Assembly: GCA_041946735.1 (NCBI GenBank)
Contig: JBHGAY010000023.1
Coordinates: forward strand, 1 to 64,000
From: Candidatus Eiseniibacteriota bacterium
GTDB lineage: Bacteria > Eisenbacteria > RBG-16-71-46 > CAIMUX01 > VGJL01
Direction: 5' to 3'
Length of the DNA stretch: 64,000 bases
This document shows, one piece after another, positions 51,912 to 61,285 of the stretch (its first letter is position 1; the number at the start of each line of letters is the position of its first letter). A program made the position numbers and the translations under genes. A model generated the notes under the pieces. The model was given only the letters and a program-made list of their open reading frames with translations. It did not search any database and was not told the origin of the DNA.

Positions 51912-53702
51912 TCAGCGGGAGGGCAGGACGATCGCCTCGCCCCGGGCCGATCGCGACCCGCGGCTTCGGACCTCGAGGACATAGCGTCCCGGCGCGAGCC
52001 GGCTCGCGTCCCACGACACGGTCGCCGTTCCTTCCCGGAGACTTGCGGGCCCGACACGCCCGACCTGCCGCCCATCGATGGAGAACAGCTCGACCCAGAT
52101 GGGAACCGCGTCGTCAGCGTGGCGGCCACCGTCCGGTAGCGTGATCGTCACGCGCGCTCCGCTCCTCGGATCCACCGGATTCGGGACCACGCGGATCGTC
52201 CCGGAGTCAGCGCCGTCGAGCACTTCTGCTTGCTGCGCGGGCGGCTCCGGCGCCGCGGCCGCCACGCCCGCCTGGAAGAAGACGAAAAGCGAGTCTGCGT
52301 TCTCGTCGACGACCGAGAGGTCGAGGTCGCCATCTCCATCCAGGTCGTGCGCCCAGGTATAGGAGCCGGATTGGGCGACCGGCAGCGTGGTCGCGTAGGC
52401 GAGCAGCCCGTTCCCCGGATTGCGAAACAGATCGACCGTCCCGCCCGCATAGTTCGAGGAGGTCGCATCCACGTCGCCGTCGCCGTCGAGGTCGGCGACG
52501 AAGACGCCGAGCGGAAAGGCTCCCGTCGAGACGAGATGGGAGGTCCCGAAGCCGCCCGATCCGTCGTTGAAGAGGACGATCAACCGGTTCGCGTACGAGG
52601 CGACGGAAGCGAGATCGAAGTCTCCGTCTCCATCGAAGTCGTTTCCGTTCAGGCACCACGGCCCGTTCGCCATCGCCCAGGTTCCGGTGCGCGCGAAGAC
52701 GCCTCCGCCTTGGTTCGTGAGGACCGTCAGGCTGTCGGCATCCTGGCAGGCGACAGCGATGTCGAGGCGCCCGTCCGGATCGAGGAGCCCGGTGCGGATC
52801 GCAAACGGGCCGGCCGAAACGGCCGTGATCGGCGGCAGTGGGACGAATGTGCCATCTCCATTGTTGAGGTAGACATGGACCCGGTTCTGGCCTCGCGACG
52901 TTGCGCAGAGATCGACATCATTGTCCCCGTCGAAGTCGCCGCCATGGATCTGCCTGCACTGGCCGCCGGCCGGGTAGTTCGTCGCCGGCGCAAAGGTACC
53001 GTCGCCGTGGTTCAGGAGAACGGAGACATTCCCCGATTGTATGTTGGCGGTCGCGAGGTCCTGATCCCCGTCGTTGTCGAAATCCTCTCCGAAGATCGAC
53101 GAGGGCACCTGCCCCACCGCGTATTCCTGACGCAGCGGGAACGATCCGTCGCCGCCCGTATTCCGGAAGATCGAGACGTCGTGCGTCCCCTCGTTGGGAG
53201 CCGCTACGTCCGGGCTTCCATCACCGTCCAGGTCGCCGCCGTAGATGAAGTACGGGACGTCGGAGGCTCCCCAGCCTTGCCGGTCCTGCCAGGCGAACGT
53301 CCCGGCGCCCGAGGCGATCGTGAAGGCGCTCGTGTAGCCGCCTGTGAGACTGTCGCCGGTCACGCTCGCGATGTCGTTGCGATAGTTCACAACAACCATC
53401 TCGCCACGCAGGAAGGGACGCAGACCGTTATGGAAGGTGACGGCATCGTCCACGACCGTGACCGTCCCGTCGTGCAGGCCCGACATCGTTCCGGAGACTC
53501 GCACGGCGCCGGGCGGCACCGATGCCACAGGCGCGGAGAAGATCGCCTGGATTTCTGTCAGGTACGATGGAACGGCGAGCGCATACCGGGCCGGGGTGAC
53601 CGATTGAACCTGCAGGACGGCGGACGCGGGGATCGGCAGCGCGAGACCGACCAGCCCGGCGGCCGTCGGAGCGAGCATGGCGAGCTTCGTCGCGAGTTTC
53701 AT
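51912..53702 (-). CDS. Secreted Ig-like + FG-GAP repeat protein with C-terminal FlgD-Ig/T9SS-CTD-like domain
   Basis: GGAGG-ATG; signal ending ASA; seven D[FL]D[GNP]DG-type repeats; VVPNP...LFSIDGRQV...PGRYVL. Confidence 0.88.
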   Translation of the reverse strand: MKLATKLAMLAPTAAGLVGLALPIPASAVLQVQSVTPARYALAVPSYLTEIQAIFSAPVASVPPGAVRVSGTMSGLHDGTVTVVDDAVTFHNGLRPFLRGEMVVVNYRNDIASVTGDSLTGGYTSAFTIASGAGTFAWQDRQGWGASDVPYFIYGGDLDGDGSPDVAAPNEGTHDVSIFRNTGGDGSFPLRQEYAVGQVPSSIFGEDFDNDGDQDLATANIQSGNVSVLLNHGDGTFAPATNYPAGGQCRQIHGGDFDGDNDVDLCATSRGQNRVHVYLNNGDGTFVPLPPITAVSAGPFAIRTGLLDPDGRLDIAVACQDADSLTVLTNQGGGVFARTGTWAMANGPWCLNGNDFDGDGDFDLASVASYANRLIVLFNDGSGGFGTSHLVSTGAFPLGVFVADLDGDGDVDATSSNYAGGTVDLFRNPGNGLLAYATTLPVAQSGSYTWAHDLDGDGDLDLSVVDENADSLFVFFQAGVAAAAPEPPAQQAEVLDGADSGTIRVVPNPVDPRSGARVTITLPDGGRHADDAVPIWVELFSIDGRQVGRVGPASLREGTATVSWDASRLAPGRYVLEVRSRGSRSARGEAIVLPSR

Positions 53703-53841
53703 GCGTTCCTCCGTTCCAGCGGCCACCTTCCTCAGGAACGAAGGAGGATATCAGCGCAGACCTCGGGAGGCGCGGGAGAAGCTTCGTTCGCCCCCTGCCG
53801 ACGCCCGGTCCAACCATCCGGCTGTTTGCGGTCTCTGGACG

Positions 53842-54357
53842 CTACGCGGTCTGCCCAGCCCGCATCGCTTCGCCTCTCCGCTCCGATCGACCGGCGCGAA
53901 GCGCATCGAGACTCCATGGCCCGGGACCCGCCGCCGACAGGTAGAGCCACACGAAGCAATAGAGGATCGCCGGCTGCCCGTTGTTGATGATCGGCCAGAA
54001 CGAGACCGGCGCGTGGAACTGGAAATAGGCGACCGCCATCTCGCCGGCCAGGACGAACGCGACGGGACGCGTGAACAGCCCGAAGAGCAGGAGCAGCCCG
54101 CCTGCGAACTCGAGGATTCCCCCCGCCCCCGTCTGTGTGAGCAGGCGGGCAGTGGCGTTGTCGGGCGGCATCCCGATCGGAAAGGCGAAGAGCTTCATCG
54201 TCCCCGCCGTCACGAACATGAAGGCTGCGACGATTCGAAGCAGGCTTCGGATCTGCGGTGCCCAGGTCGCCCACCTCGCGGTAAGCGTCATGGTGCCGTT
54301 CGCCACTTCGTCCTGGACGCCGCCTCGGGGAACGGTGCCGTGTGGAGTGGTTCCCAT
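53842..54357 (-). CDS. DoxX family membrane protein
   Basis: LLRIV...GTMKLF, GILEFAGG..LLFGLFTR, GEMAVAYF and GPGPWSLD motifs. Confidence 0.92.
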   Translation of the reverse strand: MGTTPHGTVPRGGVQDEVANGTMTLTARWATWAPQIRSLLRIVAAFMFVTAGTMKLFAFPIGMPPDNATARLLTQTGAGGILEFAGGLLLLFGLFTRPVAFVLAGEMAVAYFQFHAPVSFWPIINNGQPAILYCFVWLYLSAAGPGPWSLDALRAGRSERRGEAMRAGQTA

Positions 54358-54598
54358 CGCTTTCTCCTCCTTCTCGTGCGGCCGCCTTCACATCTAGCTT
54401 CTTGCCTTGACGACGATCTGCCTAGGCTGGGATCGACAGGCGGCGCCGAGCCGGGTCTCGTGCCGGGTGGAGGCTCGCGCCAGGTCGCGGGGCACGACGA
54501 AATCCGCTATCCTCAGCGGGCCCGATCCGAGGAGCGGGAGCTCGGAGCTCGGGGCCCGGATCGAGAGGGATGGACCGAATCGAAGAGGAGGCGCCGCC

Positions 54599-55441
54599 AT
54601 GCGTTGGACTTCCGGTCGACGGAGCACGAACGTCGAGGACCGCCGCGGTCGGGGAACCGGACTGGCGATCGGTGGAGGCATCACCACGCTGATCGCGCTC
54701 GCGGTCGCGCTCCTGTTCGGCGCCGACCCCAGGGCGCTGCTGGAACAGGTCACGACGAGCGAGACGAGCCAGGGGGAGTACCAGGCGAGCCCGCAGGAGC
54801 AGCAGCTCGCCGACTTCGTCTCCGTCGTCCTCGGCAGCACCGAGGACGTGTGGAAGCAGCTGTTCCAGGAGTCCGGAATGAGCTATCAGGACCCGATCCT
54901 GGTCCTCTTCACCGATCAGGTGCAGTCCGCTTGCGGGATCGCGGGAGCGGCGGTCGGCCCTTTCTATTGCTCCGAGGATCACCGGCTCTACATCGACCTC
55001 GGTTTCTACGACGAGTTGCGCGAACGTTTCGGCGCGCCGGGCGACTTCGCGCAGGCCTACGTGATCGCGCACGAGGTCGGGCACCATGTGCAGAACCTCC
55101 TCGGAACGCTGAACGAAGTACACAACGCACAGCAGCAGGCGAGAAGCGAGCGTGAGGCGAACGCGCTCTCCGTCCGCCTCGAGCTGCAAGCGGACTATCT
55201 GGCCGGAGTCTGGGCGCATTACGCGCAGCAAGAGGGACTGCTCGAACCCGGAGACATCGAAGAGGCGCTGAACGCGGCGAGCGCGATCGGCGACGACCGG
55301 CTCCAGCGCGAGATGCAGGGGCGGATCGTGCCGGACAGCTTCACGCACGGCACCTCGGCCCAGCGGGTCGAGTGGTTCCGCCGCGGGCTCCAGTCCGGAG
55401 ACCCGGGCGGCGGCGACACGTTCGACGCGCCGGATCTGTGA
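54599..55441 (+). CDS. Neutral zinc metallopeptidase (YpfJ family)
   Basis: MRW..GRRSTNVEDRR, GPFYC, HEVGHHVQ, ELQAD and SFTHGTSAQR motifs. Confidence 0.93.
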   Translation: MRWTSGRRSTNVEDRRGRGTGLAIGGGITTLIALAVALLFGADPRALLEQVTTSETSQGEYQASPQEQQLADFVSVVLGSTEDVWKQLFQESGMSYQDPILVLFTDQVQSACGIAGAAVGPFYCSEDHRLYIDLGFYDELRERFGAPGDFAQAYVIAHEVGHHVQNLLGTLNEVHNAQQQARSEREANALSVRLELQADYLAGVWAHYAQQEGLLEPGDIEEALNAASAIGDDRLQREMQGRIVPDSFTHGTSAQRVEWFRRGLQSGDPGGGDTFDAPDL

Positions 55442-55565
55442 GATCGGCCTGAGGAGAAGGTCCGCGGCCTGCGAGGTCGCAGCCGGCGAGGTCGCGGCCG
55501 CTTGGACCGAGCGGCGGATCCTCGACGGCGAGGCCCCCGCCCTTCGGATCGAGGCTTCGTCTACG

Positions 55566-55844
55566 TTGCCAACTCCCAACCGCTCGTATAGTCTGCCCCG
55601 TTCCCCGGCGCCACACCGGCGACCGGGGCCCATCGACTTCGCCTCCCCGCACAAGGGGAAAGGAGAACGAAGGTTCGCAGATGAATCGCAGGACCTGAAA
55701 CCGCCGACGGCCTGAGGGACTCAGGCCTGGCCGTCGAGCGATCCTTCGCGCGCCCGCGGAGGTCCGGAGCGCTTCCACGTTCTTCTGATCGCTCCTCCGC
55801 CTCCTCCCGTCACGCGAAGACTCGCTGGACCGGGAGGAGGAACG
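55566..55844 (+). promoter_or_regulatory. Putative promoter (TTGCCA-15-TATAGT) and structured 5' leader with an anti-Shine-Dalgarno hairpin
   Basis: Hairpins at 55603-55628, 55637-55672 and 55705-55736; CCTCCTCCCG (55800-55809) is perfectly complementary to CGGGAGGAGG (55831-55840), which contains the SD of the next gene. Confidence 0.5.
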
Positions 55845-57005
55845 TTGATCGAATCCCACGACACCGAACCGAGTGGCCGCTTCCGTTTTGAAGACCATCA
55901 CGAGACGCTCGAGCGCATCGCCGTCGACGTCACGGCGCGACATGCGCCCGAAGTCGACGCGACCGCGACCTTTCCCTCCGCCTCGATCGATGCCCTCGCC
56001 GCCGCCCGCCTTCTCGGGATGGTGAGCGCCCCTGAGGTCGGCGGGCTCGGAGGCGGCATTGCCGGCGCGGCGGCCGTCGTCCGCCGCCTCGCGCGCGAAT
56101 GTCCCTCCACGGCGATGGTCGTCACGATGCACTACTGCGGCACCGCCGTCCTCGAGCAGCACGCGGACGAGGCGACGCGCCGCCAAGCAGCGTCCGGCCG
56201 CCACCTTTCGACCCTCGCCTTCTCGGAAGCGGGATCGCGTAGCCACTTCTGGGCCCCTACCAGCACGGCCCGGCGCACGAAAGACGCGATCGAGCTCGAC
56301 GCGCGGAAGAGCTGGGTCACTTCGGCCCATCACGCGAGCGCCTACGTCTGGTCGAGCCGTCCGGTCGAGGCGGATGGAGCGAGCACGCTCTGGCTCGTGC
56401 CCGCGACCGCGCCGGGACTCGAAGCGCCCGAGCGCTTCCAGGGCCTCGGCCTTCGAGGGAACGACTCGACGCCGGTCACGGCGAAGGGGGTGCGCGTGCC
56501 GGAGTCGGCGAGGCTCGGCGAGGACGGGCAGGGCTTCAGCATCATGATGCAGACGGTGCTGCCGATCTTCGACGTGCTGATCTCCGCCTGCTCGGTGGGG
56601 ATCATGGAAGCAACGACGTCACGCGCTGCGGCGCACGCGTCGGGCCAGCGCTACGAGCACATGGAGGCGGCCCTCGCCGACCTTCCGACGATCCGGGCGT
56701 ACCTCGCGCGGATGCGGGTGAAGACCGACCAGGCGGCGACGCTTCTCGAGGACACGATCGCCGCCCTCACGCACGGCCGCGAGGACACGATGCTGCGCGT
56801 GCTCGAATCCAAGGCGGCGGCCGGCGAGCTTTCCCTCGAGGTCGTCGCGCTCGGCATGCGGGTCTGCGGCGGAGCCGCCTACCGCAAGGACCTCGGCATC
56901 GAGCGCTTCTTCCGCGACGCGCAGGCGGCGAACGTCATGGCTCCGACCACCGACGCTCTCTACGACTTCATCGGCAAGGCGATCTGCGGGATGCCGCTGT
57001 TCTAG
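55845..57005 (+). CDS. Acyl-CoA dehydrogenase-fold flavoprotein
   Basis: TTG after GGAGGAGG; LAFSEAGSRS, KSWVTS, GLRGNDS, GGAAY and IERFFRDA motifs. Confidence 0.9.
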   Translation: MIESHDTEPSGRFRFEDHHETLERIAVDVTARHAPEVDATATFPSASIDALAAARLLGMVSAPEVGGLGGGIAGAAAVVRRLARECPSTAMVVTMHYCGTAVLEQHADEATRRQAASGRHLSTLAFSEAGSRSHFWAPTSTARRTKDAIELDARKSWVTSAHHASAYVWSSRPVEADGASTLWLVPATAPGLEAPERFQGLGLRGNDSTPVTAKGVRVPESARLGEDGQGFSIMMQTVLPIFDVLISACSVGIMEATTSRAAAHASGQRYEHMEAALADLPTIRAYLARMRVKTDQAATLLEDTIAALTHGREDTMLRVLESKAAAGELSLEVVALGMRVCGGAAYRKDLGIERFFRDAQAANVMAPTTDALYDFIGKAICGMPLF

Positions 57006-57044
57006 CGGCTGCGTCGAGTCGCGGACCACGAGAAAGGAACGACG

Positions 57045-57944
57045 ATGCAGAGGAGAACCGAACTGATCCTGGGAGCGGTCGCATACGACCCCAAGGTCGT
57101 CACGATCTGGGAGGGCTTTCAGCGCTACTTCGACGAGCGGAGCCTCCCGTTCGACTTCGTCCTGTTCACCCGCTACGAGCGCCAGGTCGAGTCGCACCTC
57201 GCCGGCCAGATCGACGTCGCGTGGAACTCCCCTCTCGCCTGGATCGAGACCGAGCGGCTTGCGGCGCGCGCCGGACGGAAGGCGCGGGCGATCGCGATGC
57301 GCGACACCGACCGCGATCTCACCTCGGTCATCGTCGTGAGAGAGGACTCGCCGATCCGGACCGTCGAGGAGCTGCGCGGGCGGCGGGTCGCAGTCGGCGC
57401 GGCCGATTCCCCGCAGGGGCGTCTGATCCCGCTCGGATTCCTCGCTCGCTTCGGACTCGAGCCGGGCGAGGACCTTTCCGTCGTCCCGCACGATCTGCTC
57501 GTCGGCAAGCACGGCGACCACGTTGGCGGGGAGCGTGAGGCGGTGCGCGCGCTCCTCGCGGGACGCGCCGACGCCGCCTGCCTGCTCGACGCCAATCTCC
57601 TGCAGTTCGCGCAGGAGGGAACGTTGCCGGCGGGCTCCCGGCGCGTTCTCGCCCAGACGCCCCCGTACGACCACTGCAACTTCACGGCCCTCGACGTAGC
57701 CGGGCCGGAGAAGGAGGAGCTCCTCACGCGCTTCCGGGAGGAGCTGCTCGCCATGTCGTACGACGACGCGCGTGTGCGTCCCCTGATGGATCTCGAAGGG
57801 CTCAAGCGCTGGCTGCCGGCGCGCACCGAAGGCTACGAGCAGTTGAACCGTGCGGTGGACCGATTCGGGACGATCGAAGCCTGGCTCGCGTCCGCCTCCG
57901 GCGCGGCCGGCGTTCCTTCGCCGGGCGACGAGGTCCGCGCGTGA
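57045..57944 (+). CDS. PhnD/SsuA-like substrate-binding-fold protein without a signal peptide
   Basis: YERQVE.L.G.ID.AW, SVIVVREDSPIRTVEELRG and DSPQG..IP motifs; no N-terminal hydrophobic stretch. Confidence 0.85.
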   Translation: MQRRTELILGAVAYDPKVVTIWEGFQRYFDERSLPFDFVLFTRYERQVESHLAGQIDVAWNSPLAWIETERLAARAGRKARAIAMRDTDRDLTSVIVVREDSPIRTVEELRGRRVAVGAADSPQGRLIPLGFLARFGLEPGEDLSVVPHDLLVGKHGDHVGGEREAVRALLAGRADAACLLDANLLQFAQEGTLPAGSRRVLAQTPPYDHCNFTALDVAGPEKEELLTRFREELLAMSYDDARVRPLMDLEGLKRWLPARTEGYEQLNRAVDRFGTIEAWLASASGAAGVPSPGDEVRA

Positions 57945-59167
57945 GGACCGGCTCGGTTCAGGCGGTGGTCGACCTCGGCAATCTCTCGCTCGATCGAGGC
58001 GGGCGCCTGCTCCTGCAGCGGGCGATCGCCCCTCTCGTCCCGGGCGAGCGGCTCGAGGTGCGCGGTTCCGATCCGGAGCTGCCGGTGCATCTGCGCGCCT
58101 GGTGCCGCTCTCGCGGCTATCGATTCGAGACCGGCGCCGTGGGCGAGAACGGCTCCGGCGCACTGGCCGTCGTCATCGGAGAAAGCGGATCGGGGGGACG
58201 ATGGAGCGGCGCGGAGCCGGCCGGGCGCGCAAGCCGTACGGCGTCCGGAGCGGTCGTGGACAGGCCGCCCGCCCGCTGGGGCCTCGCCCCCCGCGGCGCC
58301 TCGGTCGAGATCGGGACGCCGTCCTTCGACTTCGATCTCGACGCCAAGGAGCAGGTCTGGTCCGACGATGCCGCTCGCCTCTATGCGCAGGCGTGCGCAG
58401 CGCAGTGGGATCCCGAGAAGGCGATCGACTGGCGCTCGTCAGCCGACCTGCCCGGCGAGATCGAGCAGGCGGTCGTGCAGATCATGACCTACCTGATCGA
58501 GAACGAGACCGCCGCGCTGGTCGTCCCGGCGCGCTTCCTCGGACGGATCCATCCTCACTTCCGCGAGGTGCAGCAGCTCCTCGCGATCCAGGTGGCGGAC
58601 GAGGCGCGCCACATCGAGGTGTTCACGCGCCGGGCGCTGTTGCTGGGCGACTCGCTCGGACTGTCGACGGCCGGCGGCCAGGAATCGCTGAAGACCCTGC
58701 TCGATGAGCCGGACTTCGCGATCGCCTCCTTTTTGCTCTCCGTCCTCGGCGAAGGGAGCTTCCTCTCGCTCCTGCACTTCCTCGACGAGAACGCGCCGGA
58801 TCCGGTCACGCGGCAAGTGTGCCGTCTCGCCGGACAGGACGAGGCGCGCCACGTCGCCTTCGGCCTATCGCATCTGAGGCGGCATCTGGAGATCGATCCA
58901 TCGCTGCGCGCCCGCCTCGCCGCGTCGGTCGATCGCCGGCATCGGGCGCTCCAGCATTCGGCCGGGTTGAACGAGGAGGTCTTCGACGGGCTGGTGCTGC
59001 TGGCGGCGGGATCGTGGGAGCCCGATCGCATCGCGCACGGCCACGAGCAGGTCGCCGCCCTCCAGCACGACATGGACGAGGGACGGCGGGCGCGCCTCGC
59101 CCGCCTCGGGTTCACCCAGGGGGAGGCGGAGGCGCTGTCGAGCCTGCATACGAAGAACTTCATGTAG
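57941..59167 (+). CDS. TusA-like domain fused to a ferritin-like diiron four-helix-bundle domain
   Basis: N-terminal VVDLG...PGERLEVRGSDP...LRAWCRSRG (TusA/SirA fold); ENE, DEARH, EGSF and DEARH carboxylate/His ligand pattern; GTGA overlap with the previous gene. Confidence 0.8.
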   Translation: MRTGSVQAVVDLGNLSLDRGGRLLLQRAIAPLVPGERLEVRGSDPELPVHLRAWCRSRGYRFETGAVGENGSGALAVVIGESGSGGRWSGAEPAGRASRTASGAVVDRPPARWGLAPRGASVEIGTPSFDFDLDAKEQVWSDDAARLYAQACAAQWDPEKAIDWRSSADLPGEIEQAVVQIMTYLIENETAALVVPARFLGRIHPHFREVQQLLAIQVADEARHIEVFTRRALLLGDSLGLSTAGGQESLKTLLDEPDFAIASFLLSVLGEGSFLSLLHFLDENAPDPVTRQVCRLAGQDEARHVAFGLSHLRRHLEIDPSLRARLAASVDRRHRALQHSAGLNEEVFDGLVLLAAGSWEPDRIAHGHEQVAALQHDMDEGRRARLARLGFTQGEAEALSSLHTKNFM

Positions 59168-59443
59168 GGACATAGGGGCGGACGGAGTCCGTCCCGGCGC
59201 CCCACGCTGCACCCACGCCTCACCGCCCGGGCCGCCGGCCTCACAAGTCCCCGCCCACCTGCGCGTGCCCGGCCAGCCCAGGCCTGTCCCCGGCGGCCGG
59301 CGGCCGCCGCATCTTCTTCCTTCTTCCCGGCAACTTTCGGCAGCCTCTCGCGTCTACGGGTTGGGAGGTCCATCGTTTGGGCCGGAATCGACCCTCGCTG
59401 GGTCGGCGGCTCCCTTCGGGAGACATGGAGGAGCGGTCGGTCG

Positions 59444-59995
59444 ATGAGAACGGATGCGGAACTCGCGAGCGCCTTCCGGGACGGGGACGACCGGGCATTC
59501 GCGATCCTGTACGACCGCTACAAAGGACCGCTGTTCGTCTTCGCCTGCAAGATGCTGGGCAACGAGGAGAGGGCCCGCGATCTCGTCCAGGATGTGTTTC
59601 TGAGCTTGTACGAGAAGCGGCTGCAGCTCGCGCGACCCGAGAGCTTCCGAAGCTGGCTCTTCGCGAGCGGACGAAACCGGTGCCTCTCGCAGTTGCGGCG
59701 GACGGACACGGACTCTCCGCTCGACGATGGCTGCTTCGCGGTGCCGATTCCCGCGAGCATGCTCCCCGATGCCCGCCTGGAGGCGGGCGAAGAGATGCGG
59801 AGACTGCGGCACGCGCTGGCGCGCCTACGTCCCGAGTACCGCGAGGTCCTGGTGCTGAGGGAATACGAGGACATGTCCTACCAGGAGATCGCGAGAATCA
59901 CGGAGACGGCCGAGAGCGTGGTCCGGTCGAGGCTGTTCAAGGCCCGCAAGGCGCTCCATGACGCCCTGGTCTCGACGGCGCCGGGAGGGAGATGA
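59444..59995 (+). CDS. ECF RNA polymerase sigma factor
   Basis: GD..AF..LYDRY, DLVQDVF, FRSWLF and MSYQEIA...VRSRLFKAR motifs. Confidence 0.93.
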   Translation: MRTDAELASAFRDGDDRAFAILYDRYKGPLFVFACKMLGNEERARDLVQDVFLSLYEKRLQLARPESFRSWLFASGRNRCLSQLRRTDTDSPLDDGCFAVPIPASMLPDARLEAGEEMRRLRHALARLRPEYREVLVLREYEDMSYQEIARITETAESVVRSRLFKARKALHDALVSTAPGGR

Positions 59996-59996
59996 C

Positions 59997-60488
59997 ATGC
60001 AGTGTGACGATGCGAAGTCGATGCTGAGTCTCTTCGCCGATTCGAATCTCGAGGGAGAGGAGCTGCAGGGCGCGATGTTCCGACACCTGCAGGAGTGCTC
60101 CGATTGCCGCGGCTTCTTCGACTCGATCCTTCGGCAGAGAAAAGCGGCGTCGGTCGAGCGGGAGATGCTGCTCCGAGAAGCGGACGAGCTTCTGCCGGCC
60201 GCCGAATCCCTTCTGGCGCGAGCGCGAAGCGGCCGGGCAGAGCGTCGGTCGCTTTCGGTCTGGCAGCGGATCCTGGCGGGCGGCGGCATGCGGATGCCGG
60301 TGCCGGTCGCCATCAGCATCGCGATCGTGCTGCTCCTGGCCGGCATCGTGCTAGGCACCCGTATCGCGGGACGGCCGGGGCAGGACGGCCTCAGGATCGA
60401 TCGACTCGAACGCGCCTCCCGCTCCGAGGTCGTCGTGGTCTGCGGGTTGCCGGAAGTGCAGGTGGTCGGATCGACCCCGAAGCGTTGA
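59997..60488 (+). CDS. Zinc-binding (ZAS/zf-HC2) membrane anti-sigma factor
   Basis: C...HLQECSDC (HxxxCxxC) and one TM helix; immediately after the ECF sigma. Confidence 0.85.
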   Translation: MQCDDAKSMLSLFADSNLEGEELQGAMFRHLQECSDCRGFFDSILRQRKAASVEREMLLREADELLPAAESLLARARSGRAERRSLSVWQRILAGGGMRMPVPVAISIAIVLLLAGIVLGTRIAGRPGQDGLRIDRLERASRSEVVVVCGLPEVQVVGSTPKR

Positions 60489-60558
60489 AGGGCCGGGGGC
60501 TGCGGGAACGGTGCCTCGTCGTGCAGAGGCGGCGGAACGCTGCGAAGGAGGAATGCAG

Positions 60559-61023
60559 ATGAAACGACACGTGAAGGTATGGCTTTGGCCGGTTCTCGTT
60601 GCCGTCTTGTCGGTCGCGGTGACGTCGTGCGCCGCGAAAGAGGACCAGGCGAGCGAGCAGCCGTCACGGGAGGGCGTCACCGAGCAGGCCCCCGGGCAAG
60701 ACCAGGCCCAGGCGCCGGCGATTCCGGTCGAGGAGATGCCGAAGCTTCTGTCGAGCGAACCGCCCGACTATCCGGAGGAGGCAAGAGCCAACGGAGTCGA
60801 AGGCACGGTCTTCGTGCGTGCTCTCGTCGGGAAGGACGGAACGGTGCAGAGCGCGACGTCCGATCCGGCGAAGCCCGCGCCTGCCGTCCTCGAGAAGGCG
60901 GCGGTCGATGCGGTGCGCGGCTGGACGTTCTCGCCGGCAAAGTCCAAGGGCGATGCGGTCGAGACGTGGGTCGTGGTACCGGTCAGGTTCGTGCTGGATT
61001 CGGACTCGAAGAAGACGCAGTAG
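60559..61023 (+). CDS. TonB C-terminal domain protein, probable lipoprotein
   Basis: AAGGAGG upstream; signal ending VTSC; PDYPEEARANGVEGTVFV...AAVDAVRGWTFSPA...VPVRF. Confidence 0.88.
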   Translation: MKRHVKVWLWPVLVAVLSVAVTSCAAKEDQASEQPSREGVTEQAPGQDQAQAPAIPVEEMPKLLSSEPPDYPEEARANGVEGTVFVRALVGKDGTVQSATSDPAKPAPAVLEKAAVDAVRGWTFSPAKSKGDAVETWVVVPVRFVLDSDSKKTQ

Positions 61024-61068
61024 TGCGCCTGCGCTGCGCAGCCGGGGACGATCGGAAGGCGACAGGAA

Positions 61069-61227
61069 TCAGAACAAAGCGTAGATGAACGGGGCGATCG
61101 CGCTGCTTCCACTCAGGATCACGAAGACTCCGAGCACGAGCAGCATCAGGATGACCGGCAGGAGCCAGAACTTCTTCCGCTCCCTGAGGAAATCCCACAG
61201 ATCGCGCAGCATCGAGATTCTCTCCAT
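61069..61227 (-). CDS. DUF5989 family (SxtK-like) small membrane protein, 52 aa
   Basis: Not in the ORF track; my manual translation MERISMLRDLWDFLRERKKFWLLPVILMLLVLGVFVILSGSSAIAPFIYALF has the RKKxWLxP and APFIY-x-LF signature. Confidence 0.88.
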   Translation of the reverse strand: MERISMLRDLWDFLRERKKFWLLPVILMLLVLGVFVILSGSSAIAPFIYALF

Positions 61228-61285
61228 CGCCTTCCTTCTCCCCGCCGTGCCGCTTCTCGATCGCCCCTTAGCCGCTCCGAACGGT

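Noticed and set aside
55655..55730. Glycine riboswitch
   Set aside because: Only scattered fragments (GGAGA, CGAAGG, CTCAGG) resemble it and I could not build the aptamer fold by eye; kept only as an unassigned structured leader.
57045..57944. Phosphonate ABC transporter (phnD)
   Set aside because: No signal peptide and no phnC or phnE neighbours.
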